33,342 nucleotides of DNA from Mesotaenium endlicherianum (GCA_009602735.1 WELA01000963.1:4215-37556); one strand, 5' to 3'; positions 21,901 through 33,342 are shown, counted from the stretch's first letter. Made by a program: numbers and translations. Notes: generated from the sequence alone by a model not told the origin.

Positions 21901-24900
21901 ACCATGAGTGTCTGACGGTGGGTTGTGTGTTATGCCTGTTTGTGCGTCGCTGCATGACTATAACATACAGAGACAAACCTATCTGAAGGGCCCATACTTT
22001 ATGCATCATTTGACTCCCGCGGTTTTTTTAAACCACGGTGAGAGGGAAGTGAAGGAAGCAGTCTTGTCCCACAAAGCAGAACAAATGCAGAGGAGCAGAA
22101 TGTAATGCGCGTCAGACACGTGTCAGGCAGGGCAGCCCCAAAGGAAGGCGCGCACAGCCACAGCAGGGCGTGCCAACCAGAAACCCCTCATGCTGGGCCT
22201 CGCAATTGCGGCTTGAAAACCAACCACCGTCGACCACAAGAGCACAAATGACAAAACAAGGCATGCGCGCATCACACAAGCTGGCGGGCCCTTCAAGGGG
22301 ACACCTGTCACAAGCATACTGCATGCTGCATCTGCTGGCCATGACGATGGCACGACGGCGCATCCATGAGTTGGGTCTGCCCAGGTGGGACCCGGATGCA
22401 TATGTGTGTGATTACCATTGCCACTGCCACAGCCCACTGCCCACTGCCCCTCCCGTCGGACTTCATTGAGCTGGCTGGAGGATAGGGGCGCGATAGGCAG
22501 CCAAGCAAGCAAGCATGCAAGCATGCAAGCATGCAAGCATGCAAGCATGCAAGCATGCAAGCATGCAAGCATGCAAGCATGCAAGCATGCAAGCATGCAA
22601 GCATGCAAGCATGCAAGCATGCAAGCATGCAAGCATGCAAGCATGCAAGCATGCAAGCATGCAAGCATGCAAGCATGCAAGCATGCAAGCATGCAAGCAT
22701 GCAAGCATGCAAGCATGCAAGCATGCAAGCATGCAAGCATGCAAGCATGCAAGCATGCAAGCATGCGTGAGGTGAATGAGTGAAGAAGGATTCAGTGGAT
22801 GACGAGGGGTCCAGGGCCTGGGGGAAGAGCTTCTTGGGAGAAGGGCAGGAGCGGATGGCGGGAGAGAGGGAGGCGGAGGAGGGGAGGCTCACGGATTGCG
22901 GCGGGAGCCGTAGCCGGCATGCTGCTCGAACTGGGAGCAGCTCACCTGTTGCACAGGCACACGCCAACAGCACACGGGCGAGTACCCCTTGCGTGCACGC
23001 AGTCAGCACAGGGCAGGGTGACATTGGCCCAAGCAGCAGAGGGACTGGCTGGGCACACCATTTCAAATGAGCAGCTTTGTGACGGGCTTTTTTTTGGGGG
23101 GGGGGGGGGGGGNNNNNNNNNNNNNNNNNNNNNNNNNNNNNNNNNNNNNNNNNNNNNNNNNNNNNNNNNNNNNNNNNNNNNNNGGGGGGGGGGAGGGGTG
23201 TGAAAGGTGTCTACACAATGGGGCCCGGTGCATGCACTGTATAATGTCGTTGGCGTGGACATGCCAGCAACGCAGACCGAATGATGTGCACATGTGTGAG
23301 TGTCGGGGAAGTAAATAGACAATCAGTGGACTCTCCTTCTATCACTTGCTCTCCTCGCTCTCTCTCTTGTGCCACGAGCAAAAGCCGTGCCCATGCTACA
23401 TTCACACTCACGCACAGGCGGCGTGGGGTAAGAGCTTGGGGGAGCCCTATATTGGCTGGACCACCGCACGCACACACGGACACACGCAGAAACACGCACA
23501 AACACACACACACACACAAGCCACACACAGCAGAGGGAGCGCGGAGGGGGGCAAGGGGGTGCGCTCACCACCGAGTTGCAGCAGCTGCACAGGATGCCCG
23601 TGCTGTCCTTCACGCCCTCCAGCAGCTTCTGCACACACACGCGCCCTCGCCAACACGCACGCCCGTCAGCTTGCCGTCCCCGTCCCATGCACCCACCCGC
23701 CCCGTGAGAGGCAACGTGCAAACAAAGCGTGCCCCCGCAGGAGCAGAGCTGCCGTGACGTACAGTGCGGCGCAGCGTCGAAAGAGCCTAGTACAAGAGGC
23801 CAATGCAAGAGTCCGCAGAGTAGCACAGGGTAGCACATGCACGGCCCTCCCCCCCATGGCAGCTAGCTGACTCTAGCCGCGCACGAAGCAGAGCAGAGCT
23901 GAGAAGGGCCGAGCAGAGCAGGGCAGAGGGGCAACACAGCGTGCAAGCAGGCAGGCAAGCAGGCAGACAGGCAGAGAGGCTTGAGTCGAGGGGCAGCGGT
24001 GCGTCTGCTGGAAGCAACAAGGGTGCCTGCATACCTGGCCTTTGATGTAGTACGCCAGCTTGTTGCCATCTGGCAGCCCCCCAGGCTGGAACAGCGCCTT
24101 GTGCAGCAGGCCGGGGTCCCTGCAGAAGACACAGCATTCAGCAGCAAGATGGAGCTAGCTCAACGTCAGACAACGTCAGTCGCTTGCTGATCCAGCACCA
24201 GCGCAGCTGCCAGCTGCACCACCGCAGGCAGCGTAGTAGCCATCGAGGGCGAGGGCAAGGTGAGGGGAGCGCAAGAACGCATAGGGAGAGGACCCCTTCC
24301 CCCCATGGCAGCAGAGTGAAGGCTTGCTCGCGTGGACAGCGCTTCCTACCCGAAGGGCACTGAAGAACGAAGACTGCCGCGAGGTTGAGTGAAAGGCGCA
24401 ACACAAAGTGAGCAGACTGATTTGGAGCTAATAGCAGCAGCAAGCCTCAAGCCTGGCCTTGGAGGGTTCTGCATTCTAAGCCCGGGTGCTTGCTTGCCAG
24501 CTACCCCCCCCNNNNNNNNNNNNNNNNNNNNNNNNNNNNNNNNNNNNNNNNNNNNNNNNNNNNNNNNNNNNNNNNNNNNNNNNNNNNNNNNNNNNNNNNN
24601 NNNNNNNNNNNNNNNNNNNNNNNNNNNNNNNNNNNNNNNNNNNNNNNNNNNNNNNNNNNNNNNNNNNNNNNNNNNNNNNNNNNNNNNNNNNNNNNNNNNN
24701 NNNNNNNNNNNNNNNNNNNNNNNNNNNNNNNNNNNNNNNNNNNNNNNNNNNNNNNNNNNNNNNNNNNNNNNNNNNNNNNNNNNNNNNNNNNNNNNNNNNN
24801 NNNNNNNNNNNNNNNNNNNNNNNNNNNNNNNNNNNNNNNNNNNNNNNNNNNNNNNNNNNNNNNNNNNNNNNNNNNNNNNNNNNNNNNNNNNNNNNNNNNN

Positions 24901-27900
24901 NNNNNNNNNNNNNNNNNNNNNNNNNNNNNNNNNNNNNNNNNNNNNNNNNNNNNNNNNNNNNNNNNNNNNNNNNNNNNNNNNNNNNNNNNNNNNNNNNNNN
25001 NNNNNNNNNNNNNNNNNNNNNNNNNNNNNNNNNNNNNNNNNNNNNNNNNNNNNNNNNNNNNNNNNNNNNNNNNNNNNNNNNNNNNNNNNNNNNNNNNNNN
25101 NNNNNNNNNNNNNNNNNNNNNNNNNNNNNNNNNNNNNNNNNNNNNNNNNNNNNNNNNNNNNNNNNNNNNNNNNNNNNNNNNNNNNNNNNNNNNNNNNNNN
25201 NNNNNNNNNNNNNNNNNNNNNNNNNNNNNNNNNNNNNNNNNNNNNNNNNNNNNNNNNNNNNNNNNNNNNNNNNNNNNNNNNNNNNNNNNNNNNNNNNNNN
25301 NNNNNNNNNNNNNNNNNNNNNNNNNNNNNNNNNNNNNNNNNNNNNNNNNNNNNNNNNNNNNNNNNNCCCCCGGCCTCCCTTTCTCCCTCTCACTCCCTCC
25401 CTCCGCCTCTCTCACACACACATATTTGCATCAAACCTACAACAGCAGCCTTGTGAGCACAAAACGCACGCGTGCCGAGAGGCTATTAACAGTATTGCCA
25501 TGCAGCAGCAGCCACAGCTGCAGCAGGGAGGAGGGTGCCCGCGGCGCTGGCGTGTATGCACGACGGACGATGGTCATGGCAGCGCAGGGCCTTGGACACG
25601 GCACCTCTTGTACGGGCGAGTTGCGCTGACGTGCACGCGCGGCGGCGGCGGAGGCACGGGCGGTCTCCTGCAGCAGCAGCAGCAGCAGCAGCAAAAGTAC
25701 CAAAGAGCGCACGCGGTTGTGTGTCAGATTGCAGGCCTACCCAAAGGGGAGATGGTGGGGGATGCCACAAATAGCTCGGAACCTCCACCGAAGCAACGAG
25801 TGAGCCAGCATGCATACGTGTGCAAAGTGGCGTGCACAGCACAAATGGCTTGCGGGGGTCAAGGTTTGCGAGGCAGCCATGGTGTTCTTCAGAGAAGCCT
25901 GAGGTGGGGAAATCCGATGCCTGGCAGGAAAAGTCAGGGAGCACGAGAGAGGAAGGGAAGGTGCAGCAGTTGCGAGAGCCTTGCAAGTTGCTCCTACAAG
26001 GAATGCATACAAAATCTATTGCCCGACTTGATGCTGGCATTCACGCCATTGGCCGGCAATTGCTGCTGCAGCAGCTACCGACATGGCCAACACCAGAGAC
26101 ACTGGGCCCACCCTCCGTAGAGTTTGAATGTCCCCGCAAGCGACAGCTGTGCTGATAATGCCCTTCGAGTAATGCTGGGCACTAGACCAGCGCCTTTTCC
26201 ATACTTGCTGGGCACCTTCAAGATATCGAACGCGCCAAGACACGTCAGATACATGCTAAGTGCTAGCTTCTGTGTTCAACTCCCCGGCATGTCGGCGAAA
26301 ACCGGTGGCCCCTTACGCGGCTCACACACACATATATATATATATCTCTCATTCTCTTTCTACCTCTGATTATTGTCCCAACAGAGCCACGGAAGATCAA
26401 GGGCAGGAGAGAAGCCGGACGAGTCAACAAAGGATGGGGAAAAAGGAAAACCTGCGCTCAGCTGGAGGCTCAACGCGCTGCTTCACGGGAGCACCCTTGT
26501 CCGTGCACTTGGGGCACAGCCACTCGCCATCTGGCACATCTGCTAGGCCCACACACCCTGCACCCGACATCCGTGACGGAGCACCCGGTCAGAGCCAGGC
26601 CTGCTAGAATGAGCATGGCATGTACGCACTACGGACAAGCGCACAAAATGCACACACATGCGCATGCGTTCGCGTGCTAAAGCCAGCAACACGTGCATAC
26701 ACACGAGTGCAAGATGCTTCCATCGTATGCCTGGCTAGTACTAGCGTTCATCCAACCGAGAAGGGCCTGACGCCCCAGCAGGAGCACCACCGCAGCAGAA
26801 GCTTATAGTTTCACATGAGTAACGCCCAAACTGGAGTGCTACGAGGGGGATTGTCGACACACGGTACTGACAGTGGGGGGGTGACTTGACACACTTCCTG
26901 TGCCAAGCCCTCTTACCCTTCCCCCCCACCCCCACCCCCCCCAAACGATTTGAAGCACCAGAGAGCTACCAGATGCTAGTGCATAAGATACTGATCACAA
27001 GCTTTGCACAACGAAATACTCCTGTGCTGGCAACAACGACAGCTTGAGCCCAAGCAATGGCAGAACGAACGTGGGAGCTTGTGCTTTGCTTCCCAGGGGC
27101 AGGAACAACAGCAGGGGCGGAGGCAGGGGCAGGGGCAGGGGCAGGGGCAGAAATGGGGAGACTGCTAAGAGGGGAAAGGGCAACTGAAAAGGTGGGGGTG
27201 CGATCCCTCACTGGCATGGTACATGTCGGGGCAGTCGGCGCCATCGCAGCACAGCAGCGTGCCGAACCCGCCACACTTGGTGCACGCGTCCGACGCGCCG
27301 CGCGGGGCCAGCGCGGCGCCCCCCCCGATGGCCGCGATGAGCGCCACCGTCGCCTGCTGCGGGGTATCGGCCTCCAGGCCGATGAGGATGACCTCCTTGA
27401 GGCACTTCCCGTTGGTGGCCAGGTGGATGTGGTCGCTCGGGTGGCGCGCGGTGCTGCCCGCGTGGCGCTCGAACTCCGACGCATTCACGACCTGCGGCAC
27501 GAGGGTTGCACGGCGTCAGGCAGGCAGGCAGGCAGGCAGGCAGGCAAGCAGGCAGGCAGGCAGGCAGGCAGGCAGAGGCAGACATGGAGGCGGAAGTGGG
27601 AGGCGGGAGCGGGAGGAAGCGGGGGGTGGTGTGGAGTTTGTGGGGTGGGTCAGGGCAATGAGGAAAGGGGGGGGGAGTTGATCAGAACAGAGGTTTGAAG
27701 GGGGGGGGNNNNNNNNNNNNNNNNNNNNNNNNNNNNNNNNNNNNNNNNNNNNNNNNNNNNNNNNNNNNNNNNNNNNNNNNNNNNNNNNNNNNNNNNNNNN
27801 NNNNNNNNNNNNNNNNNNNNNNNNNNNNNNNNNNNNNNNNNNNNNNNNNNNNNNNNNNNNNNNNNNNNNNNNNNNNNNNNNNNNNNNNNNNNNNNNNNNN

Positions 27901-30900
27901 NNNNNNNNNNNNNNNNNNNNNNNNNNNNNNNNNNNNNNNNNNNNNNNNNNNNNNNNNNNNNNNNNNNNNNNNNNNNNNNNNNNNNNNNNNNNNNNNNNNN
28001 NNNNNNNNNNNNNNNNNNNNNNNNNNNNNNNNNNNNNNNNNNNNNNNNNNNNNNNNNNNNNNNNNNNNNNNNNNNNNNNNNNNNNNNNNNNNNNNNNNNN
28101 NNNNNNNNNNNNNNNNNNNNNNNNNNNNNNNNNNNNNNNNNNNNNNNNNNNNNNNNNNNNNNNNNNNNNNNNNNNNNNNNNNNNNNNNNNNNNNNCCCCC
28201 GGCCTCCCTTTCTCCCTCTCACTCCCTCCCTCCGCCTCTCTCACACACACATATTTGCATCAAACCTACAACAGCAGCCTTGTGAGCACAAAACGCACGC
28301 GTGCCGAGAGGCTATTAACAGTATTGCCATGCAGCAGCAGCCACAGCTGCAGCAGGGAGGAGGGTGCCCGCGGCGCTGGCGTGTATGCACGACGGACGAT
28401 GGTCATGGCAGCGCAGGGCCTTGGACACGGCACCTCTTGTACGGGCGAGTTGCGCTGACGTGCACGCGCGGCGGCGGCGGAGGCACGGGCGGTCTCCTGC
28501 AGCAGCAGCAGCAGCAGCAGCAAAAGTACCAAAGAGCGCACGCGGTTGTGTGTCAGATTGCAGGCCTACCCAAAGGGGAGATGGTGGGGGATGCCACAAA
28601 TAGCTCGGAACCTCCACCGAAGCAACGAGTGAGCCAGCATGCATACGTGTGCAAAGTGGCGTGCACAGCACAAATGGCTTGCGGGGGTCAAGGTTTGCGA
28701 GGCAGCCATGGTGTTCTTCAGAGAAGCCTGAGGTGGGGAAATCCGATGCCTGGCAGGAAAAGTCAGGGAGCACGAGAGAGGAAGGGAAGGTGCAGCAGTT
28801 GCGAGAGCCTTGCAAGTTGCTCCTACAAGGAATGCATACAAAATCTATTGCCCGACTTGATGCTGGCATTCACGCCATTGGCCGGCAATTGCTGCTGCAG
28901 CAGCTACCGACATGGCCAACACCAGAGACACTGGGCCCACCCTCCGTAGAGTTTGAATGTCCCCGCAAGCGACAGCTGTGCTGATAATGCCCTTCGAGTA
29001 ATGCTGGGCACTAGACCAGCGCCTTTTCCATACTTGCTGGGCACCTTCAAGATATCGAACGCGCCAAGACACGTCAGATACATGCTAAGTGCTAGCTTCT
29101 GTGTTCAACTCCCCGGCATGTCGGCGAAAACCGGTGGCCCCTTACGCGGCTCACACACACATATATATATATATCTCTCATTCTCTTTCTACCTCTGATT
29201 ATTGTCCCAACAGAGCCACGGAAGATCAAGGGCAGGAGAGAAGCCGGACGAGTCAACAAAGGATGGGGAAAAAGGAAAACCTGCGCTCAGCTGGAGGCTC
29301 AACGCGCTGCTTCACGGGAGCACCCTTGTCCGTGCACTTGGGGCACAGCCACTCGCCATCTGGCACATCTGCTAGGCCCACACACCCTGCACCCGACATC
29401 CGTGACGGAGCACCCGGTCAGAGCCAGGCCTGCTAGAATGAGCATGGCATGTACGCACTACGGACAAGCGCACAAAATGCACACACATGCGCATGCGTTC
29501 GCGTGCTAAAGCCAGCAACACGTGCATACACACGAGTGCAAGATGCTTCCATCGTATGCCTGGCTAGTACTAGCGTTCATCCAACCGAGAAGGGCCTGAC
29601 GCCCCAGCAGGAGCACCACCGCAGCAGAAGCTTATAGTTTCACATGAGTAACGCCCAAACTGGAGTGCTACGAGGGGGATTGTCGACACACGGTACTGAC
29701 AGTGGGGGGGTGACTTGACACACTTCCTGTGCCAAGCCCTCTTACCCTTCCCCCCCACCCCCACCCCCCCCAAACGATTTGAAGCACCAGAGAGCTACCA
29801 GATGCTAGTGCATAAGATACTGATCACAAGCTTTGCACAACGAAATACTCCTGTGCTGGCAACAACGACAGCTTGAGCCCAAGCAATGGCAGAACGAACG
29901 TGGGAGCTTGTGCTTTGCTTCCCAGGGGCAGGAACAACAGCAGGGGCGGAGGCAGGGGCAGGGGCAGGGGCAGGGGCAGAAATGGGGAGACTGCTAAGAG
30001 GGGAAAGGGCAACTGAAAAGGTGGGGGTGCGATCCCTCACTGGCATGGTACATGTCGGGGCAGTCGGCGCCATCGCAGCACAGCAGCGTGCCGAACCCGC
30101 CACACTTGGTGCACGCGTCCGACGCGCCGCGCGGGGCCAGCGCGGCGCCCCCCCCGATGGCCGCGATGAGCGCCGCCGTCGCCTGCTGCGGGGTATCGGC
30201 CTCCAGGCCGATGAGGATGACCTCCTTGAGGCACTTCCCGTTGGTGGCCAGGTGGATGTGGTCGCTCGGGTGGCGCGCGGTGCTGCCCGCGTGGCGCTCG
30301 AACTCCGACGCATTCACGACCTGCGGCACGAGGGTTGCACGGCGTCAGGCAGGCAGGCAGGCAGGCAGGCAGGCAAGCAGGCAGGCAGGCAGGCAGGCAG
30401 GCAGAGGCAGACATGGAGGCGGAAGTGGGAGGCGGGAGCGGGAGGAAGCGGGGGGTGGTGTGGAGTTTGTGGGGTGGGTCAGGGCAATGAGGAAAGGGGG
30501 GGGGAGTTGATCAGAACAGAGGTTTGAAGGGGGGGGGNCCAGCATGCATACGTGTGCAAAGTGGCGTGCACAGCACAAATGGCTTGCGGGGGTCAAGGTT
30601 TGCGAGGCAGCCATGGTGTTCTTCAGAGAAGCCTGAGGTGGGGAAATCCGATGCCTGGCAGGAAAAGTCAGGGAGCACGAGAGAGGAAGGGAAGGTGCAG
30701 CAGTTGCGAGAGCCTTGCAAGTTGCTCCTACAAGGAATGCATACAAAATCTATTGCCCGACTTGATGCTGGCATTCACGCCATTGGCCGGCAATTGCTGC
30801 TGCAGCAGCTACCGACATGGCCAACACCAGAGACACTGGGCCCACCCTCCGTAGAGTTTGAATGTCCCCGCAAGCGACAGCTGTGCTGATAATGCCCTTC

Positions 30901-32978
30901 GAGTAATGCTGGGCACTAGACCAGCGCCTTTTCCATACTTGCTGGGCACCTTCAAGATATCGAACGCGCCAAGACACGTCAGATACATGCTAAGTGCTAG
31001 CTTCTGTGTTCAACTCCCCGGCATGTCGGCGAAAACCGGTGGCCCCTTACGCGGCTCACACACACATATATATATATATCTCTCATTCTCTTTCTACCTC
31101 TGATTATTGTCCCAACAGAGCCACGGAAGATCAAGGGCAGGAGAGAAGCCGGACGAGTCAACAAAGGATGGGGAAAAAGGAAAACCTGCGCTCAGCTGGA
31201 GGCTCAACGCGCTGCTTCACGGGAGCACCCTTGTCCGTGCACTTGGGGCACAGCCACTCGCCATCTGGCACATCTGCTAGGCCCACACACCCTGCACCCG
31301 ACATCCGTGACGGAGCACCCGGTCAGAGCCAGGCCTGCTAGAATGAGCATGGCATGTACGCACTACGGACAAGCGCACAAAATGCACACACATGCGCATG
31401 CGTTCGCGTGCTAAAGCCAGCAACACGTGCATACACACGAGTGCAAGATGCTTCCATCGTATGCCTGGCTAGTACTAGCGTTCATCCAACCGAGAAGGGC
31501 CTGACGCCCCAGCAGGAGCACCACCGCAGCAGAAGCTTATAGTTTCACATGAGTAACGCCCAAACTGGAGTGCTACGAGGGGGATTGTCGACACACGGTA
31601 CTGACAGTGGGGGGGTGACTTGACACACTTCCTGTGCCAAGCCCTCTTACCCTTCCCCCCCACCCCCACCCCCCCCAAACGATTTGAAGCACCAGAGAGC
31701 TACCAGATGCTAGTGCATAAGATACTGATCACAAGCTTTGCACAACGAAATACTCCTGTGCTGGCAACAACGACAGCTTGAGCCCAAGCAATGGCAGAAC
31801 GAACGTGGGAGCTTGTGCTTTGCTTCCCAGGGGCAGGAACAACAGCAGGGGCGGAGGCAGGGGCAGGGGCAGGGGCAGGGGCAGAAATGGGGAGACTGCT
31901 AAGAGGGGAAAGGGCAACTGAAAAGGTGGGGGTGCGATCCCTCACTGGCATGGTACATGTCGGGGCAGTCGGCGCCATCGCAGCACAGCAGCGTGCCGAA
32001 CCCGCCACACTTGGTGCACGCGTCCGACGCGCCGCGCGGGGCCAGCGCGGCGCCCCCCCCGATGGCCGCGATGAGCGCCGCCGTCGCCTGCTGCGGGGTA
32101 TCGGCCTCCAGGCCGATGAGGATGACCTCCTTGAGGCACTTCCCGTTGGTGGCCAGGTGGATGTGGTCGCTCGGGTGGCGCGCGGTGCTGCCCGCGTGGC
32201 GCTCGAACTCCGACGCATTCACGACCTGCGGCACGAGGGTTGCACGGCGTCAGGCAGGCAGGCAGGCAGGCAGGCAGGCAAGCAGGCAGGCAGGCAGGCA
32301 GGCAGGCAGAGGCAGACATGGAGGCGGAAGTGGGAGGCGGGAGCGGGAGGAAGCGGGGGGTGGTGTGGAGTTTGTGGGGTGGGTCAGGGCAATGAGGAAA
32401 GGGGGGGGGAGTTGATCAGAACAGAGGTTTGAAGGGGGGGGGGAGGGAGCAGATTGGAATGTCACTGGGGTGCGAGTGAGTGTATGCATGAGTGCAAAGG
32501 GACAGGCCCAGGAGTGCGAGGAAGAAAGCAAGGTTGCTCCCGCGTGCGTGACTGCAAATCGCGCCGGCCGTCAGGCCGTCAGCCAACCGTTACGCCTCAG
32601 TCCTCAGCCCTGCAGCAGAGGTGGCCCCTTGCGCTCGCAAACACGCCATCAGTTCTGATCTCTCTTTTACCAGGCATCAATCTCAATGCAGTGGCCGCAA
32701 GATGCCTGTGTGCTTGCATTGGAGAAAATAGGCATCACGGTGCAGCTCATCCAAGCAAACAGAGAGAGAGCAGCAGCAGCACAGGTGCGGGAGCCAGAGT
32801 CTGAGTCAGAGCCAGACCCAGACCCAGAGCCAGAGGCAGCCACAAGGCCGAGCCCTGCTCATCAGCAGCCAACCTGAGAGGAGCAGGCACTTCTCTATGT
32901 CTCTCTCACCTTCTTGCCCTTGCAGGTCTTGCAGGCGCAGAGGATGCCGGCGTCCTTCACAATGCCAGTCAGCCACAC
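11827..32978 (-). CDS. IDM1-related PHD-finger/GNAT acyl-CoA N-acyltransferase with Tify/Jas-binding domains; multi-exon, 5' end outside the window
   Basis: Hand-spliced GT-AG exons with consistent phases: 32910-32978, 31946-32225 (also 30041-30320, 27212-27491), 31186-31291 (also 29281-29386, 26452-26557), 25605-25667 (also 28434-28496), 24035-24119, 23569-23628, 22893-22945, 21657-21853, 20821-21079, 19991-20372, 19456-19520, 19074-19130, 18258-18351, 17459-17599, 14582-16976, 11827-14162. Motifs match the plant Tify-binding/PHD/GNAT family. Confidence 0.88.
14582..16976 (-). CDS. Large exon: end of GNAT (MLVFPGALALHKAV) and ~770 aa low-complexity tail
   Basis: cctcctctgcag acceptor; open 2.4-kb frame rich in G/A/E/R; GTGAGT donor at 14581, phase 1. 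Confidence 0.75.
17459..17599 (-). CDS. Exon: GNAT domain
   Basis: GHCKGLLAAVEWLLAVLHVDTLCLPAAKEAADTWLHSFSFSRMPEDQ|gtcag, 141 bp. Confidence 0.9.
18108..18175. repeat. (GCAG)n intronic microsatellite
   Basis: Direct read; similar tracts at ~19422-19450, 27518-27575, 30347-30404 and 32252-32309. Confidence 0.9.
18258..18351 (-). CDS. Exon: GNAT domain
   Basis: DKPVSAACLRIFGGQLAEMPLVATSTSARRQ (AEMPLVAT followed by the RRQG acetyl-CoA-binding motif A). Confidence 0.9.
19074..19130 (-). CDS. Exon: GNAT domain
   Basis: SRSTRDHDFSGMYTLVLRY|gtgag (family DFxGMY motif), phase 2-2. Confidence 0.85.
19456..19520 (-). CDS. Exon: GNAT (IDM1 C-terminal type) domain
   Basis: ESFDPIIDSSTGRNLIPLMVH|gtgag. 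Confidence 0.88.
19991..20372 (-). CDS. Exon: PHD finger 3 and start of GNAT domain
   Basis: HDFAKSGFGVRTIMLCDQCEREFHVGCL...EGEWFCSSRC...WTWQLLRG...ALAAVVHMFT, phase 2-0. Confidence 0.9.
20821..21079 (-). CDS. Exon: second half of PHD finger 2 and start of PHD finger 3
   Basis: ECVGLAAIPAGDWYCPAC...ARCKRLL...GGCVLCRS, phase 1-2. Confidence 0.88.
21657..21853 (-). CDS. Exon: end of Tify-binding domain and first half of PHD finger 2
   Basis: YNSIFLEDGRSLHE...CGECGDGGNLVLCDGCPAAYHA, phase 2-1. Confidence 0.88.
22513..22766. repeat. Perfect (GCATGCAA)n tandem array, about 32 units, intronic
   Basis: Direct read; 254 bp of an 8-bp unit with no visible interruptions. Confidence 0.95.
22893..22945 (-). 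CDS. Exon: second Tify/Jas-binding domain
   Basis: VSCSQFEQHAGYGSRRNP|gtgag, phase 0-2. Confidence 0.85.
23569..23628 (-). CDS. Exon: second Tify/Jas-binding domain
   Basis: KLLEGVKDSTGILCSCCNSV|gtgag, 60 bp. Confidence 0.85.
24035..24119 (-). CDS. Exon: start of second Tify/Jas-binding region
   Basis: RDPGLLHKALFQPGGLPDGNKLAYYIKGQ|gtatg; family motif LHKxxF..LPDG..xYY..GQ. Confidence 0.85.
25605..25667 (-). CDS. Candidate linker exon (Pro-rich)
   Basis: cag|RRPPVPPPPPRVHVSATRPYKR|gtgcc, 63 bp, phase 2-2, fits between its neighbours; duplicate at 28434-28496. Confidence 0.5.
26452..26557 (-). CDS. Duplicate exon (PHD1 second half), repeat copy 1
   Basis: Appears identical to 31186-31291. 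Confidence 0.6.
27212..27491 (-). CDS. Duplicate exon (Tify/PHD1), repeat copy 1
   Basis: Same as 31946-32225 except one SNP at 27346 (Ala to Val). Confidence 0.65.
29281..29386 (-). CDS. Duplicate exon (PHD1 second half), repeat copy 2
   Basis: Appears identical to 31186-31291. Confidence 0.55.
30041..30320 (-). CDS. Duplicate exon (Tify/PHD1), repeat copy 2
   Basis: Appears identical to 31946-32225. Confidence 0.6.
31186..31291 (-). CDS. Exon: second half of PHD finger 1 (repeat copy 3)
   Basis: RCVGLADVPDGEWLCPKC; phase 1-2. The donor GTTTTC is weak, so the 3' end is less certain. Confidence 0.78.
31946..32225 (-). CDS. Exon: end of first Tify/Jas-binding domain and first half of PHD finger 1 (repeat copy 3)
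   Basis: VVNASEFERHAG...CTKCGGFGTLLCCDGADCPDMYHA; cag acceptor, gtgag donor; phase 0-1. Confidence 0.85.
32910..32978 (-). CDS. Exon: first Tify/Jas-binding domain, N-terminal part
   Basis: cag|VWLTGIVKDAGILCACKTCKGKK|gtgag, 69 bp, phase 0-0. Confidence 0.85.
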
Positions 32979-33342
32979 CTGCACGCGGGCAGCAGCAGCA
33001 GCAGCAGCTCAGTCAGTATGGGAGCCAGGTGCAGCGCAGCAGCAGCAGCAGCAGCAGCCGCCGCCGCACGCTGGGGGCAGACATCATCAGCTGATCTCAC
33101 CGTCGCACACTCTTGCAGACCTCCTACCTCCCGCAATGTTCCTCCCTCATCCACGTGACCAGTCCGAAAGAAGAGGAGCTACAGGGGGGACAGGACACGC
33201 GCAAGACATGACACCAGACGACGTGCTCACAAGCCAACGCTACATTCTGCAACCAGGACTGATGCAAGGGGGATATAGGGACGGACACCCCTCGTACTTC
33301 GACGTGCAGTATGCTGGCTTTGGGTAAGGGGGAGCCGGGGGG

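Larger units (their letters stand above)
25367..32440. repeat. Near-identical triplicated segment separated by N gaps (25367-27708, 28196-30537, 30539-~32440)
   Basis: Offsets of 2829 and 1905 bp; repeated ORF sets; only one SNP noticed; copy junctions coincide with N runs. Confidence 0.9.

Noticed and set aside
22513..22766. Possible CRISPR array or telomeric repeat
   Set aside because: No spacers, not a G-rich telomere motif, and located in a eukaryotic intron.
22123..23066. ORFs with MLACLHAC / MQACKHAS repeats
   Set aside because: Translations of the stop-free 8-bp microsatellite.
24389..28285. Long ORFs containing X runs
   Set aside because: Artefacts of N gaps.
32914..33327. 137-aa + strand ORF with poly-A/poly-Q
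   Set aside because: Overlaps a - strand exon and (CAG)n intronic repeats; no independent evidence.
1..33342. Functional link between the TE nest and the adjacent IDM1-like gene (methylation-sensor type)
   Set aside because: The TEs lie at the 3' end of the gene, not the promoter; nothing in the sequence supports more than proximity.

Overview
Eukaryotic genomic DNA, probably from a green-lineage organism such as a streptophyte alga (inferred from the plant-type gene family, GC-rich exons and spliceosomal introns). The window has two compartments. (1) About 1-10.5 kb is a more AT-rich nest of decayed Ty3/Gypsy LTR retrotransposons. It holds two convergent chromovirus relics, A on + and B on -. 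Each has integrase/chromodomain remnants followed by duplicated PPT-like tracts and a long, conserved, unidentified extra ORF. There is also a solo LTR with an intact 5-bp TSD and several further LTRs inserted into one another. (2) About 11.8-33.3 kb is one multi-exon gene on the - strand, with its 5' end outside the window. It encodes an IDM1-related chromatin protein: Tify/Jas-binding domain, PHD, Tify/Jas-binding domain, PHD, PHD, GNAT acetyltransferase, then a ~1,550-aa disordered C-terminal tail with an AT-hook. I reconstructed the exons by hand with consistent GT-AG phases. A gap-flanked triplication at 25.4-32.4 kb is most likely an assembly artefact. The best novelty candidate is the chromovirus 3' extra ORF.
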